A stretch of 64,000 bases of DNA, from NCBI RefSeq assembly GCF_036971445.1, contig NC_091476.1:148676001-148740000 (forward strand), written 5' to 3'. The first letter of the stretch is position 1. Every line of letters starts with the position of its first letter. Positions 1-12,200 of the stretch are shown here, one piece after another. The position numbers and the translations under genes were made by a program. The stretch is from Narcine bancroftii (taxonomy: Eukaryota). The notes beneath the pieces were generated by a model, which was given only the letters and a program-made list of their open reading frames with translations, was not told the origin of the DNA and ran no database searches.

Positions 1-341
1 CTGGGGGCTGGGGTGGGTTTAAGGGCTGGGGGCTGGGGTGGGTTTAAGGGCTGGGGGCTGGGGGGGGTTTAAGGGCTGGGGGCTGGGGGGGGTTTAAGGG
101 CTGGGGGCTGGGGGGGGTTTAAGGGCTGGGGGCTGGGGGGGGTTTAAGGGCTGGGGGGGTTTAAGGGCTGGGGGGGTTTAAGGGCTGGGGGGGTTTAAGG
201 GCTGGGGGCTGGGGGGGTTTAAGGGCTGGGGGCTGGGGGGGTTTAAGGGCTGGGGGCTGGGGGTGGTTTAAGGGCTGGGGTGGGTTTAAGGGCTGGGGGC
301 TGGGGTGGGTTTAAGGGCTAGGGTGGGTTTAAGGGCTGGGG
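1..341 (+). repeat. G-rich minisatellite (GGGCT GGGGGCT GGGG(T/G)GGG TTTAA)n
   Basis: Visible tandem array of 18-25 nt variants. Confidence 0.95.
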
Positions 342-596
342 TGAGAGGAGCGATGGTGGGGTTTCAGCGGATGGCGCACGGACCTCGATCAGAAGAATGG
401 AGCTGGTGGAGGGGAGTGGGGCGCTCAGAGAGAAGATGGAGTGAGGCACAACCTCCTGCCATCCGGCCACAATGCGGCCTAGCACAACAGGCCACACGCT
501 TCGACTCGACCACATTTACCGTCAAGGACCTCGACGGTCGATGCATGAACACTGCTGGCTCGCCCCCAATCTCAAACCAGGGCGCCGCGGACTCAC

Positions 597-720
597 CATG
601 TCGGACAATCGAACACAGGTTTTAGCTGAATCGCCTGCATTTGAATCGCATCGAGAATGGAGAGCCACGGCGCGCTCTGGATTCTGGGTAACGAGCTGAA
701 AGGGCGGCGAGTTGATGGAC
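597..720 (-). other. Probable first exon of an unidentified third gene; coding part is ATG only (599-597); gene continues off the left end
   Basis: tccgacATG|GTGAGT, a strong donor directly after ATG, in a CpG-rich region downstream of a housekeeping promoter motif; TSS approximate. Confidence 0.6.
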
Positions 721-763
721 GACTCGCGTTGATTCTACGCATGCCCACAAATCGTCCCGCAGT

Positions 764-782
764 GCATGCTAGGAAATGTAGT
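764..782 (-). promoter_or_regulatory. ZNF143/THAP11-type promoter motif (ACTACATTTCCTAGCATGC)
   Basis: One mismatch to the vertebrate ACTACAnnTCCCAnnATGC promoter motif, in a CpG island upstream of the putative first exon. Confidence 0.7.
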
Positions 783-1679
783 GCTCGTTCCAGCCCATTG
801 ACGGAGCAGTGTGAAAGGTAGAATTATGAATCACTTCTCCACGGGTGTTCCAAGTTCCGTTGAATTCTTACAGAAGTTCCCACGATGGTGAAAGGGTTTA
901 AAGGAGGAAGAAATAGCCGCCACTTAGATTTTGGAGGCTTTAGGAGTCTGAATCTTACAATGATGGACCTCCTCCTGAGAGCACTGACAGGGCATGAAGT
1001 TCCCTCCAGTTTCTTCTCAAAGCTATGAAAACATATGTAAGCCAATGATCCTGGCAGCAAGTTCACTCGCTGCTCTAGGCCCTGCGTTCCAAATAGGCAG
1101 CAAGGTTTTATGTCTCCTGAGATGGAGAGATCGAGAAAAGGGAGGGTGTTGCTCGAGAGTGAAGTGAATTTGAGGTCAGGGTGGAAATTGACAGCTTCTC
1201 TCTGTCTTTATTGAGAGGCCTACCTGCTTTTTACTCATACCCAGAAGAAGGCTTCAGGCCGTTGGTAATGCATCTTTACCTCCCATGGACACTGCAAGAT
1301 CGACTGAGTTCGTCCGGCATTTATTATGGAGTTTTACTTGTGTTCCAAAGCCTCACCACCAAGTTTGCTGGTCCTCAAAAAGTTCTGCTTGTACTTTAAA
1401 CACACCAAGTAAGAAAAACTGGAGTGGGTGATAAAATGGTAGTTTTTTTAAAAAAAAAAGACACAAATAGAAAGATACAGATAGGCTATAGAGAGAAATT
1501 ATCAAAGATTGGGGCCTTGAATTTGAAGGCAAGTTGGATCAATGAAAATCAAGAATAAATCAGAGGCCAGGAAGAGAGCAGAGATAGTGACAGACTTGGA
1601 GTGAGTTATGGATTTGAGGATAAGAATTTTTAAATTGACGTTTTACAGATTGAAAGCTAGATTTAGGTTAGCAACAACA

Positions 1680-2520
1680 GAATATAAAAGGATATAGACA
1701 GGATGCAGAGTTGGGCGGAAAAGTGGCAGATGGAGTTTAATCCGGATGTGTGAAGAGATGCATTTTGGAAGGTCAAACCTGAAGGCTGAGTACACGGTTA
1801 ATGGTTGGTTACTTAACAGTATGGAGGAACAGAGGGACCTTGGGGTCCAAATCGTATGTCTCTCAAGGTGCCTGCACAGATTGATAGCATAGTTTAGAAT
1901 GCCAATTGGATGCTGGGCTTCATTAGTCTGGGGGTTGAGTTCAAGAGATCAAGTTGCAGCTCTACAAATCTCTAGTGAGACCACACTTAGAATATTGTGT
2001 TCAGTTCTGGGCATCTCATTAGAGGAAGGACGTGAAATCTATGGAGAGGATGCAGAGGAGATTTGACAGGATGATTCCTGGATTGGAAAATACGTCTTAT
2101 GAGGCAAGATTATCAGAGTTAGGGGTTTTCTCTTTGGATCAAAGAAGGATGAGAGGTGACTTAATAGAGGCCTATAAGATTTTAAGAGACATAGATAAGG
2201 TATTTTTTCAAGGGCAGGAGTAGCAAACACCAGAGGACATCTGTGCAAAGTGGAGGGAGGAAAGTTTAGGGGAGACTTCAGGGGTAAGTTTTTTTACATA
2301 GAGTTATGAGTGCCTGGAATCACTTGCCAGGGATGGTGGTAGAGGCTGCAGCATTAGGAGCATTTAAGAGACTCTGAGAGAGGCACGTTGATGAGAAAAA
2401 ATAGGGTTATGAGGTAGGGAGGGTTTTGTTTATTTTTTTAGGTAGAAATTTATAGGTCCACACAACATCAAGGGCCATGGGGCCTGGCTGAACTGCACTG
2501 TAATATTGTATGTTCTATGT
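1680..2520 (+). mobile_element. CR1 LINE 3' fragment
   Basis: WQMEFN.., LVRPHLEYCVQFW, RMRGDLIEAYKI remnants; TATGTTC tail; boundaries approximate. Confidence 0.85.
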
Positions 2521-3895
2521 AACAACAGGAGATTGCAGATTGCCATGCCTTGAAATGCATTTCTTGAAAAAAATAAGATTTCCATTTATCTAACACTGTT
2601 CACAAATTCAGAATGTCCCAGCATGATCTACAACATGGTATATCTTTAAATCCCAACCTATTGAGACCATAATTAATCACAGTTGACAACATTGGTCATG
2701 TCATTCAGAAACTTGATACCAGAATTACAAAACTGACTCTCTATTCTGGGAGGAGATTGTCAGGTGCACAAAAAAAAAGTCAAAGATGTGTTCAAAGCAT
2801 TCCTGGTGTGCAAAGAATGAAGGCCAGTAAATTTTAGTGCATGGAAAACATTCCGAAAAAATATTGCGAGGGATGGAATTAAAGTGGATTGGGAAAAGTG
2901 GAGATTGACAGTCGCCATTGCTTTGTTAAGGGAAACCCCTCTCTGATTGAGTTTTTTTGAGAAAGTGACTATTTCTTAATGAGAATAGTGCAATTGATGT
3001 GATTTTCATTTGGCTATAGGGGAAATTGATTGAAAAATTAAGACTCCATGGGATCCAGGGCAATTTGGAGAAGAAATGCTTTTCAGATATGGTCATTATG
3101 GATAAAACATCAACTAAACCACCAGGAATACCTGGAGATGAATTTCCCTGAATTACTTTTCCTCCAAATTAACTAATGTAATCATAGAACAATCAGCTTT
3201 TATCTGCCCTGAACCCATGGTAATTAATGGGACAACACTCAAATTGTTTTCCATGCCATCTGTTACCTCCTTGGGACTCGTGCATAGGCCTCAACTACCA
3301 TGATCCTGGAGATCAAATTCACAGACATTCATTGCTACTGAGACTAAGGATCACTGCAGACTGCTGATCTTCATGGTTTATTGCTGGTAGGGAGGTTACC
3401 CAAATTTCATGCACAAAACTTTCCATCATACCTCAGGAACAGGCACAGATATTAGTCACCATTATATGCCGATGTTCAGACATCAAATGTAGTGAATCCT
3501 TACAGAGACTTTGCTGACCACTTCTTACCAGAAGTGGCAAGCTGTTGCTCAGCCGTCTTTGTGCCCTGCACAAAAATGTTTCTAGCGGGTTCTGTTTTCT
3601 AGCCATCTGTCCAAGTCCCTCTGACAGTCCAATGAGTACAGTTCCCTCTCATTCTTTGCCAGATTCTTCATTAGCTCAGTAGCTGAAAGTGTGCTGCTCA
3701 TATTGAAATATGTCCTTTTAGGATAATATTTTCTCATGTTTCCAATTCTGATGAAAGGTCTTTGACCTTAGTGCTAATTCTGACCCTCTTTCCAGGTTGC
3801 GGCTGGCAACCTGCTAAGTGTTTGCAGCATTTTCTATTTCCTTACTGTTCTGCTTTTTCACTCTGACTTTTGTCAATTTCAACATCCCTACTACT

Positions 3896-4125
3896 TGTGA
3901 TGATAGACCACTAGCCTACTCCAGGGGTCGATCTCTGTACCTGCTGGAAGACCACCTAAGGGGCTGACTCCTCCTGGCCAGCTGCCAATCAATATAAACC
4001 TGAGCCGGCCCCTCCTGAGTCAGTCACATGGGGAGACACCAAGGTGTTCAGACTTTTACTGGACTAAAGCCTGTTGTATAGACTTTTGAGTTTGTGCTTG
4101 TTTGCTGCTACCTCAGCATTCCACA
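3896..4125 (+). mobile_element. Probable short solo LTR (230 bp)
   Basis: CTACT|TGTGA...CCACA|CTAGT near-TSD, internal TATAAA and a poly(A)-like ACTAAA. Confidence 0.55.
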
Positions 4126-5272
4126 CTAGTGGCTTGCTTTTTCCACACCTCCACTTTAGGCCCTGTCCTTCCCAAAGTCCTGATGCGCCTTGCCCTTTTC
4201 TCCAGCCCTGCCATGTGATGCCTGCTCCAGCAGTCTTTTGTTATGTGGGCCTCACTCTTTTCTATCCCATCTTTGTGTCCCTTGCTCCTTTCTTTATCTT
4301 TGCTGAGGGACTTTTCTAACCCACACCTCTCGGGAACATCCTGGCCTTTCAAAACCCATTCCCTGGGTATTGCTCTATTGCTGTAGCTCTACTTTTGTCC
4401 TTGTCCTTTCCTATATTCCTAGTGTAGGCCTTGCCTTTTGCTATATGCCATACCTTTTCTAGGTTGCTCTTGTTTCACAGTTTTCAACTTGCCTGCTGTG
4501 GGCTTTATCCTTTTGTATAGTGAATTTGTGGGCTAACCCTTTTCTTTCTTTCACCCTAACAGTGGCCATTCCAATGGCCACCCTTTATACTCCTTCAAAC
4601 TCCCTGCTGTGGGACTTCCGCTTTTCTGCATATTTTTCTTACATCCTTTCCTGCACCTCTGATGAAGCATCAACACTATGGGCCTTCTCATTTCCAATGT
4701 TCAAGCCTCACTGGATGGCACTTTTTTTCTATGCGTTTACTCCAGCCTGACTTTTTTCTAATTCTCGCGCCTGCCCTTGGCCCTTTCTTCATCCTTGTCA
4801 TGTTCCTGTCTCTTTATACTTTCTGCTGTGCTTTATACTTTCTTTCTACCTCTCCATTTTTGGCCTGATTCTCAGTGGACCTTGTTGCACCCCAGTTGTT
4901 TTGTCTGCTGTGGGCTTCAACCATCTGCTTTGGCCTTGCATGTTGAGCCTCACTCTTTGCTAAAAACTGCTACACATTGCCATCCTCCCTCTATCAGCTC
5001 TACATCCAAGCGTCACTTTTAAACAGTGAATATTTTAATCATGGGAGATATAGAGTCCAGCAATCTTATGAGGTAAATAAAATAAATGAAGAAACCATCA
5101 CACAAAAATTTGAATGTTTTTGAGCACTTTTATTTTTCTCTTATTTCCTGACACAATAGTTTTATCAAAGTGACAAAACAAAACATCCAAACAAAACTCT
5201 GAATAATCCATGATACATTTTCTTCTTAAATATACTCACATAAATATCTAAATTTTAAAAAGACACGTGAGA

Positions 5273-5515
5273 TGACACTGTTAGCAAAGCGGTTAGCACG
5301 ACGTTATTAAAGTGCCAGCAATCAGGATGGGTTTCGAATCCCATGCTGACTATAAGGGATTTGTACGTTCTCCCCGTGTCTGTGTGGGTTTCCTCTGGGG
5401 TCTCCGGTTTCCTCCCACTGTTTGAAATATACCGGGGTTTGAAGGTTAACTGGGTGTATTGAGGCAGCATGGGCTCAAGGGCTGAAAGGGCCTGTTTCTG
5501 TGCTGTATATCTAAA
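5273..5515 (+). mobile_element. tRNA-derived V-SINE (HE1-like)
   Basis: tRNA-like A/B boxes, V-domain gttctccccgtgtctgtgtgggtttcctctggg..ctccggtttcctccca. Confidence 0.8.
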
Positions 5516-6228
5516 TTTAACAATCTAATTTAAAAAAAATTAAACATAAGACATTTTGAATTAGAATTACGCCTTTGGCACCTTGCCCTGAGAAGATGCC
5601 ATAAAGATGCCCACTGATGTGACACTTTCCACTGATATTCACATCTGTTAAAGCCTATAGATCCTATGATTAGAAGGCGAGTACAGTAGGCAATTGAAAC
5701 TCTAGTGCATTGCCACACACAAATTTTAACCACTTTAATTTTTAGATTTTGTCTAAAAGTTCCACAGATATAATATTTTACCTCACAATGCAAATGAATG
5801 TCTGAAAGATTGTTTCTGTATTTCATATAGTTTGTCACTGATCAACTTACAGAACACATGCTTTTTATTATGAGACTTTATTTTTTACCAGTGAACAGAA
5901 TTTCTAGGCAAAATTAGTATCAAACAAGTAAATTACAATATAAATACAAATGAAATCAGGATTTATTTTCATACTTGATATCTTCTTTATTTTATATACA
6001 AAATATATTGCCTAAAATGTCAATGTTTCCAATATATTTCATGGAGCCTTGTTTGAATGAAAATGGCTCCTTATTGTTATAGTGTTCCCTTATAAGAAGA
6101 TAACTAGACTAGACTTTAAAATGAAAGCTTTTTTTTTAGTAATTCAGATGCTCTTGTATATTAAATAAGCATATTTTCAGTATATTTGATGATGTTAACA
6201 ACTGTCAGGAAAAGTACAGCAGAATCCA

Positions 6229-6281
6229 CTAGACAAGAATTCTGTTTTCAAGAGCTGCCAGTTTTTTTGCAAAGGTACCTA
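6229..6281 (-). CDS. MATN1: MATN1 exon 8 coding part (end of coiled coil, stop)
   Basis: AC acceptor tatac|TA GGT..., [17 protein letters not shown], resembles the matrilin C-terminus. Confidence 0.93.
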
Positions 6282-9200
6282 GTATAAAGATAGTTAAGGA
6301 CCATAATTTCATTCAAAATATTGAACCACAGAGTCTTCATTAAAAGTTGTTTAGCATTTTAAATGAATCAAATATGTAAATTATAAACCTGTACGTTTAT
6401 TTAAAAGTTAGTCACACCATGTTGCATCCTTACACCAGTCAAGACACTGAAACTCAAACTTTGCCAGCTCTTTTGCATAATAGGTGCAGGAGTTGGCCAT
6501 CTTGCCCATTGTGCCTGCTCTTCCATTCAATGAGCTGATCTGTCTGTGGACTCAGGTCCACATACACGTCGATTCCCCTCTACGAAATTCCTTTGGTCTG
6601 CATCAGAGAAAAACCTCCCGTCTAATAAGCTCTATACAGCTTCATAAAGTTGCCACATACTTTTACAGTTTGATTGGACAAAACATAAATGCAACTTGTT
6701 ATGCAGATACTCATTTTGAACAAAATATTATAAAGGGAACTGAATGATATTTGAGCAACTGTAAATGACAATAAGAACACAGTTGCTAGATATCTGAAAT
6801 AAACATTTTTTTAAAAAAATGTGATTTTTAGCTTATTTTTCCTCTCTCCATGTCCCACAGTCCTGCATAGGCAAAGAAACATAACATCCTAAATGCCCCA
6901 TTAACCCATTTGACTTGACCATATCAAAGATATTTCCTTTGTCCCAATCACTCTTCCCTCCACTTTCTATGCAACCTAAAACTACATTTATTATTTTTTT
7001 TTCTAGTTTTGATGAAGGGTCTTTGCAAACTATCTTTCTCTTTACACATACGTCACTTGACCTGCTGACAGTACCCAGTTTACCTCAGTACAATGACCTG
7101 TTTCCTAATCCCTGCTACATTAGAATAAAACCTATGGTCTTGGCTGTTCATGGGCACTTAAAGGCATCAGTATGACACAAAATTTTACTAATGCATCCAG
7201 TAGTCCCATTCTACCTCAGAGAGACTGGGTCCAGACTGGGAGATCACTTTGTTGAGCACCTCAGCTCTGTTTGCCACAATAGCATGGATCTCCCAGTGGC
7301 CACCCATTTCAATTCCCCACCCCATTTCCTTGCTGACATGACTATCTATGCTCTCATGCATTGCCAGACTGAGGCCAACCACAAATTAGAGGAGCAACAC
7401 CTCCTTTTCCGTCTTGGCACTTCTCCGGTTTCTGTCAAACCTCCACCCCCCCTCACTTCATCCTCATCACCTTTCCTCTAGTTCTCTCTCTCTCTCTCCT
7501 TTCCTCTAGTTCTCTCTCTCTCCTTTCCTCTAGTTCTCTCTCTCTCTCTCCTTTCCTCTAGTTCTCTCTCTCTCTNNNNNNNNNNNNNNNNNNNNNNNNN
7601 NNNNNNNNNNNNNNNNNNNNNNNNNNNNNNNNNNNNNNNNNNNNNNNNNNNNNNNNNNNNNNNNNNNNNNNNNNNNNNNNNNNNNNNNNNNNNNNNNNNN
7701 NNNNNNNNNNNNNNNNNNNNNNNNNNNNNNNNNNNNNNNNNNNNNNNNNNNNNNNNNNNNNNNNNNNNNNNNNNNNNNNNNCTCTCCTTTCCTCTAGTTC
7801 TCTCTCTCTCTCCTTTCCTCTAGTTCTCTCTCTCTCTCCTTTCCTCTAGTTCTCTCTCTCTCTCCTTTCCTCTAGTTCTCTCTCTCTCTCCTTTCCTCTA
7901 GTTCTCTCTCTCTCTCCTTTCCTCTAGTTCTCTCTCTCTCTCCTTTCCTCTAGTTCTCTCTCTCTCTCCTTTCCTCTAGTTCTCTCTCTCTCTCCTTTCC
8001 TCTAGTTCTCTCTCTCTCTCCTTTCCTCTAGTTCTCTCTCTCTCTCCTTTCCTCTAGTTCTCTCTCTCTCTCCTTTCCTCTAGTTCTCTCTCTCTCCTTT
8101 CCTCTAGTTCTCTCTCTCTCCTTTCCTCTAGTTCTCTCTCTCTCCTTTCCTCTAGTTCTCTCTCTCTCTCTCCTTTCCTCTAGTTCTCTCTCTCTCCTTT
8201 CCTCTAGTTCTCTCTCTCTCCTTTCCTCTAGTTCTCTCTCTCTCCTTTCCTCTAGTTCTCTCTCTCTCCTTTCCTCTAGTTCTCTCTCTCTCCTTTCCTC
8301 TAGTTCTCTCTCTCTCCTTTCCTCTAGTTCTCTCTCTCTCCTTTCCTCTAGTTCTCTCTCTCTCCTTTCCTCTAGTTCTTTCTCTCTCTCTCTTTCTTTC
8401 CTTTTCCCGCCATCTCCTTTCACAGATCCATAATCAGTCCTGACCTTTCCCTTTATTAAATCCAATTAACACATTTTCTTTGTTGGTCTGGACTCCTTCC
8501 CCCTCCCATTCTTCTCCCTTTCTTTCCCCAGTCTTTAATTCAGACATCTGGCTGTTTTTTGCTTATACCTTTGAAGAACGGCTCAGGCCCAAGACATCGG
8601 AAATATATCTTTACCTCCCATGGATGCTGCGAAACCTGCTGAGTTCCTCAGCATTTCTGTTTTCCTTAGTTGGTTGAAGAGATGAGGGACTTTATTTATA
8701 TTGATAGACTGGAGAAAATTGGGTTTCTCATCAGAAGAGAGGAAGTTGAGGTGATTTTGTTTGGCATTCAGAATCTTCGTAGCTGAATGAAGAAGCTTCA
8801 CATTGGTGGAAACCCAAAAGGAAACCTCTTAAAATGATTGGCATGAGAAAAAAAAGTATTTACACATCACAAGTAGTTATGATCTGGACTTTTTGTTTTA
8901 TTCTTTCGTGACACGTAGGAGTTATCGGCTGAACTAGATTCACTCCTTATCCTAATAATTTACCTTTGAACTGATAGGATTGCTGGACAATTTCAAAGGA
9001 AGATTAGGGTTAAGTGGATTCACATGTGTCTCCGAGTGATTTCCTTCCCTGAAGGATTTGGAAGGTACACATTGAAGTGATGATGGAAGTGGCGGCAGGG
9101 CAAAACACAACTTTTAAAAAGGTTGTGAAAAGTTCACAAGGATTATAAATTTATTGGGCTGTGAGGAAAGGGAATGAGGCTAACAAAAAGCCGACATATG

Positions 9201-12200
9201 CTTCCCTTGCTATCATGAGTTTATATTCTAACAAATGTGTTGGAATGTTAGAGATCCACAGGTGGGGACTTTGGTTTGTTTGGTGGAAGGTCGCGTTTAA
9301 TCTCAACATTGGAGCAAAAGTGGTAGTTTTGTTTCACATTCATGTTTTTTTGAAAAGTATGAACCTACATAATATTCATAATTTCTGCTCCTTTGTTTTA
9401 TCCCTCCATGTTTTTATTTATACAGAAGGGAAGTTGGTAATATCTTTAAATTATGGTTTTACTATTTGGCATGATTTCTTGGTCTCTATTGATAATAGTT
9501 AACTCTTTCTTATGCTTTGCTAGTCTTCAGGAAGGTACCTTTGAAAGCAGCCAAGAAAGCCTATTCTTGAGGTAAAACTATGTTGTGGCTTGGAATATAG
9601 TGTAGGGGACCAAGAGTATTTCTTCCAGTACCAACAAGCTACCCATGAAACATCTCAGCATCTGCTTGATCCTCCCCATAAATTGAACGTACCTCTGAAC
9701 ACAATCTGCATCCCTCCCACAATTAAAAAGCTACCTTGTTCCACCTCCCTCAGATGATCTCATTAATGATGAACTTCTGAAATTGCACTCACCCAGCATT
9801 AGACCTCTTCTCTGGAATAATTATCCTACTTACCTATTCTTTTCTTGAAGACTTCAGTCTTTAAGACAGCTTCCAGTCCAAGAAGTCATTCAGATTACCA
9901 ATGAGCGTTATATGGCCAGCAACTCCCATTTAAAGCAGCCTTGCAGTTGTATGGTAAGGACTATGTCAAAAATCTGTTCTTGCAGGTTTGTGACCTCATC
10001 CTGACAAGGAACTTGCCTCCAGGTTCCATGGACAAATAGATAATCCTTAACAAAATCTTGTAAATGATTGAGAGTACAGCTAATCATTCCTTGTTACCAA
10101 GAATGCAGGTTGAGCACAAGCAGTAATAACAAAATTGCAATAAAAGTTCCAAAATGAACCTGACACGCTACCTCCTTTAAAATTCAATTATGTTTTAACT
10201 AATTTTATTTTAAAATATATTTATGACAAGCTGCACATGAGAGTAAAAGGATATGTTTGGATGTCAATGTTTTAATCATTTTCTCAACCTTTGTTTGGAA
10301 TTCCACAAGTGTCTCGCAGGCACATGGGTCTTTAGGGGGAGCTGAAAACAAAAGTAAAATGTGATAGGAAATGAACCATAGTTGCAGTTCACAGTACAGA
10401 CCTTTAATAGTAAATAAAATATTGCAGTCTATAGATACATGTTAAATTGTTGGTGTATCAACACACCTTCTAAAAAAAATACTCAGCCGATCAAACACAA
10501 TCGGTGGAGAGAAAAACAATCGTAGTATTTAAGGTCAACAATCCTTTATCAGGACTGTTCTGTTGTAGGGTCATTAACTGAAGACATTAAGGCTGGCGCA
10601 GTTGGTGTGGTGGTTAGCGCAATGCCTTTACAGTGCCAGCAATCGGGCCTTGGCTTCAAATCCGCACTGTCTGTAAGGAGTTTATATGTTCTTCCCATGT
10701 TTGTGTGAGTTTTACCTGGGGGCTCTAGTTTCCTCCTACTGTTCAAATAGGAACCGGGAGAGCAGGTTAATTGGATGTAAATTGGGCGGCACAGACTCCT
10801 GAGCCAAAATAGCCTGTTACCCTGCTGTATGTCCAAATTAAAAATTTTAATTTAATTTTTTTTTCCTTCACAGATGCTGCCTAACATAATGAGTATCACC
10901 AGTATTTTCTGTTTTTCCTTTTTCTTTTTAAAATATTTTTCTTGAGTTTAACATATAAACTTACATAAATAATTCTGATTTTGGTTTTGACTTCCAGAAT
11001 CTGCAGTTTTGTTTTGCTTTCTGAATTCTTAAATCCAAATTTATGTAATGTGGTTCTCATTCAGTCATTCCTCGGTGATACTTTTCACTTTGATATTTTG
11101 TGTAACACACTATTCTGGAATTTGTGTTGGCTGAGAAGTGATGGCTTTGCTGAAGACCAGCATCATTGATTACAAACTCTCCAACATTAGTTACCTTTGG
11201 CATCAAGTAAAATTCATGGCATTGATATGGACAAGTTGCAAATCAGAAATTGAACTTTTCTCATAAAAACATTCATAAGTGTTTCAGTGTGTGAAAACTT
11301 AAATGTACAAACTTAAATGTGAAGAGCAATATGAAATCCCACATAGAATTTAAGCATTATTTGGTTAATTTCAAACAGTTATGGAACTTTGAAAACAAAG
11401 ATATTTTTGGTGCATAGTGACTGTATGCCTGCATAAAGTAGTCAAAAAAAAATTACTTTTGCTGTTAATTTGCACCCAGCTTTCACCTTCACTTGGTCCA
11501 TCTTTTACTCTGCCCTGTTCTTATCTCCATCTCAAGGAATAGACTAGCCACCAAAGCAAACCGTCAAACTCCCCACAGCCTGCCTCATGTAGGAATTCCA
11601 TTTCATTCTCTTAGTCCCTCATTCTCCATTGCATTTGCTCTGACAATGAGATTTTTAGCACAGGTGCCAGTAAAAAGTGATCCTTTTTAACCTGCTTCTT
11701 TTCTGTCATAGTTGTCAGAGACCTTGATCACATCTATTTTCTACATCTCTGCTTTCCCACACTCTTCTTCTGGACAAAATAAAAAGAGTCCAATATAATT
11801 CCATCACAGGGCAGGTTCCCTTCTCCCCTTATAAGTACTATGAAGGGATCACTCTCTTCATGAATCTCTAGCAGTTTTTATGTCTTCATGAACTGCTCTG
11901 CATCATATGGCAGTTCCTATGCAATCACATCTTCCCTTTGCACCATCTAGCGAACCAAAGAGTCTTTCTAGTGTATCAATATTAATATCGTGTCTGCCTG
12001 TCCCGCATCGGACTGGTCAGCCACAAACGAGCCTGCAGCTGACGTGGACTTTTTTACCCCCTCCATAAATCTTCGTCCGCGAAGCCAAGCCAAAGAAAGA
12101 AAGAAACATCTTCCCTTTGCACCATCTAGCGAACCAAAGAGTCTTTCTAGTGTATCAATATTAATATTTGGGGAGAATTTATAAGATTTAGAGTAGGTCA

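Larger units (their letters stand above)
6282..10254 (-). other. MATN1: U12-dependent (minor spliceosome) AT-AC intron 7 of MATN1
   Basis: 5' splice site ATATCCTTTT at 10254; branch site TCCTTAAC (6300-6293) 11 nt upstream of the AC 3' end; no polypyrimidine tract; frame conserved across the junction (C|TA = Leu). Confidence 0.95.

Noticed and set aside
1-341. Telomeric repeat or chromosome end
   Set aside because: Unit is GGGTTTAAGGGCT-based, not (TTAGGG)n, and lies in a putative intron.
5273-5345. tRNA gene-like A/B boxes
   Set aside because: These are heads of V-SINE copies without an intact cloverleaf; the PBS matches at 21906 and 62865 are likewise not tRNA genes.
7470-8400. CRISPR-like regular repeats
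   Set aside because: No unique spacers, eukaryotic context.
8028-8465. 145-aa ORF of ERELEERR repeats resembling a coiled-coil/trichohyalin-like protein
   Set aside because: It is the translation of a microsatellite inside MATN1 intron 7, next to an assembly gap.
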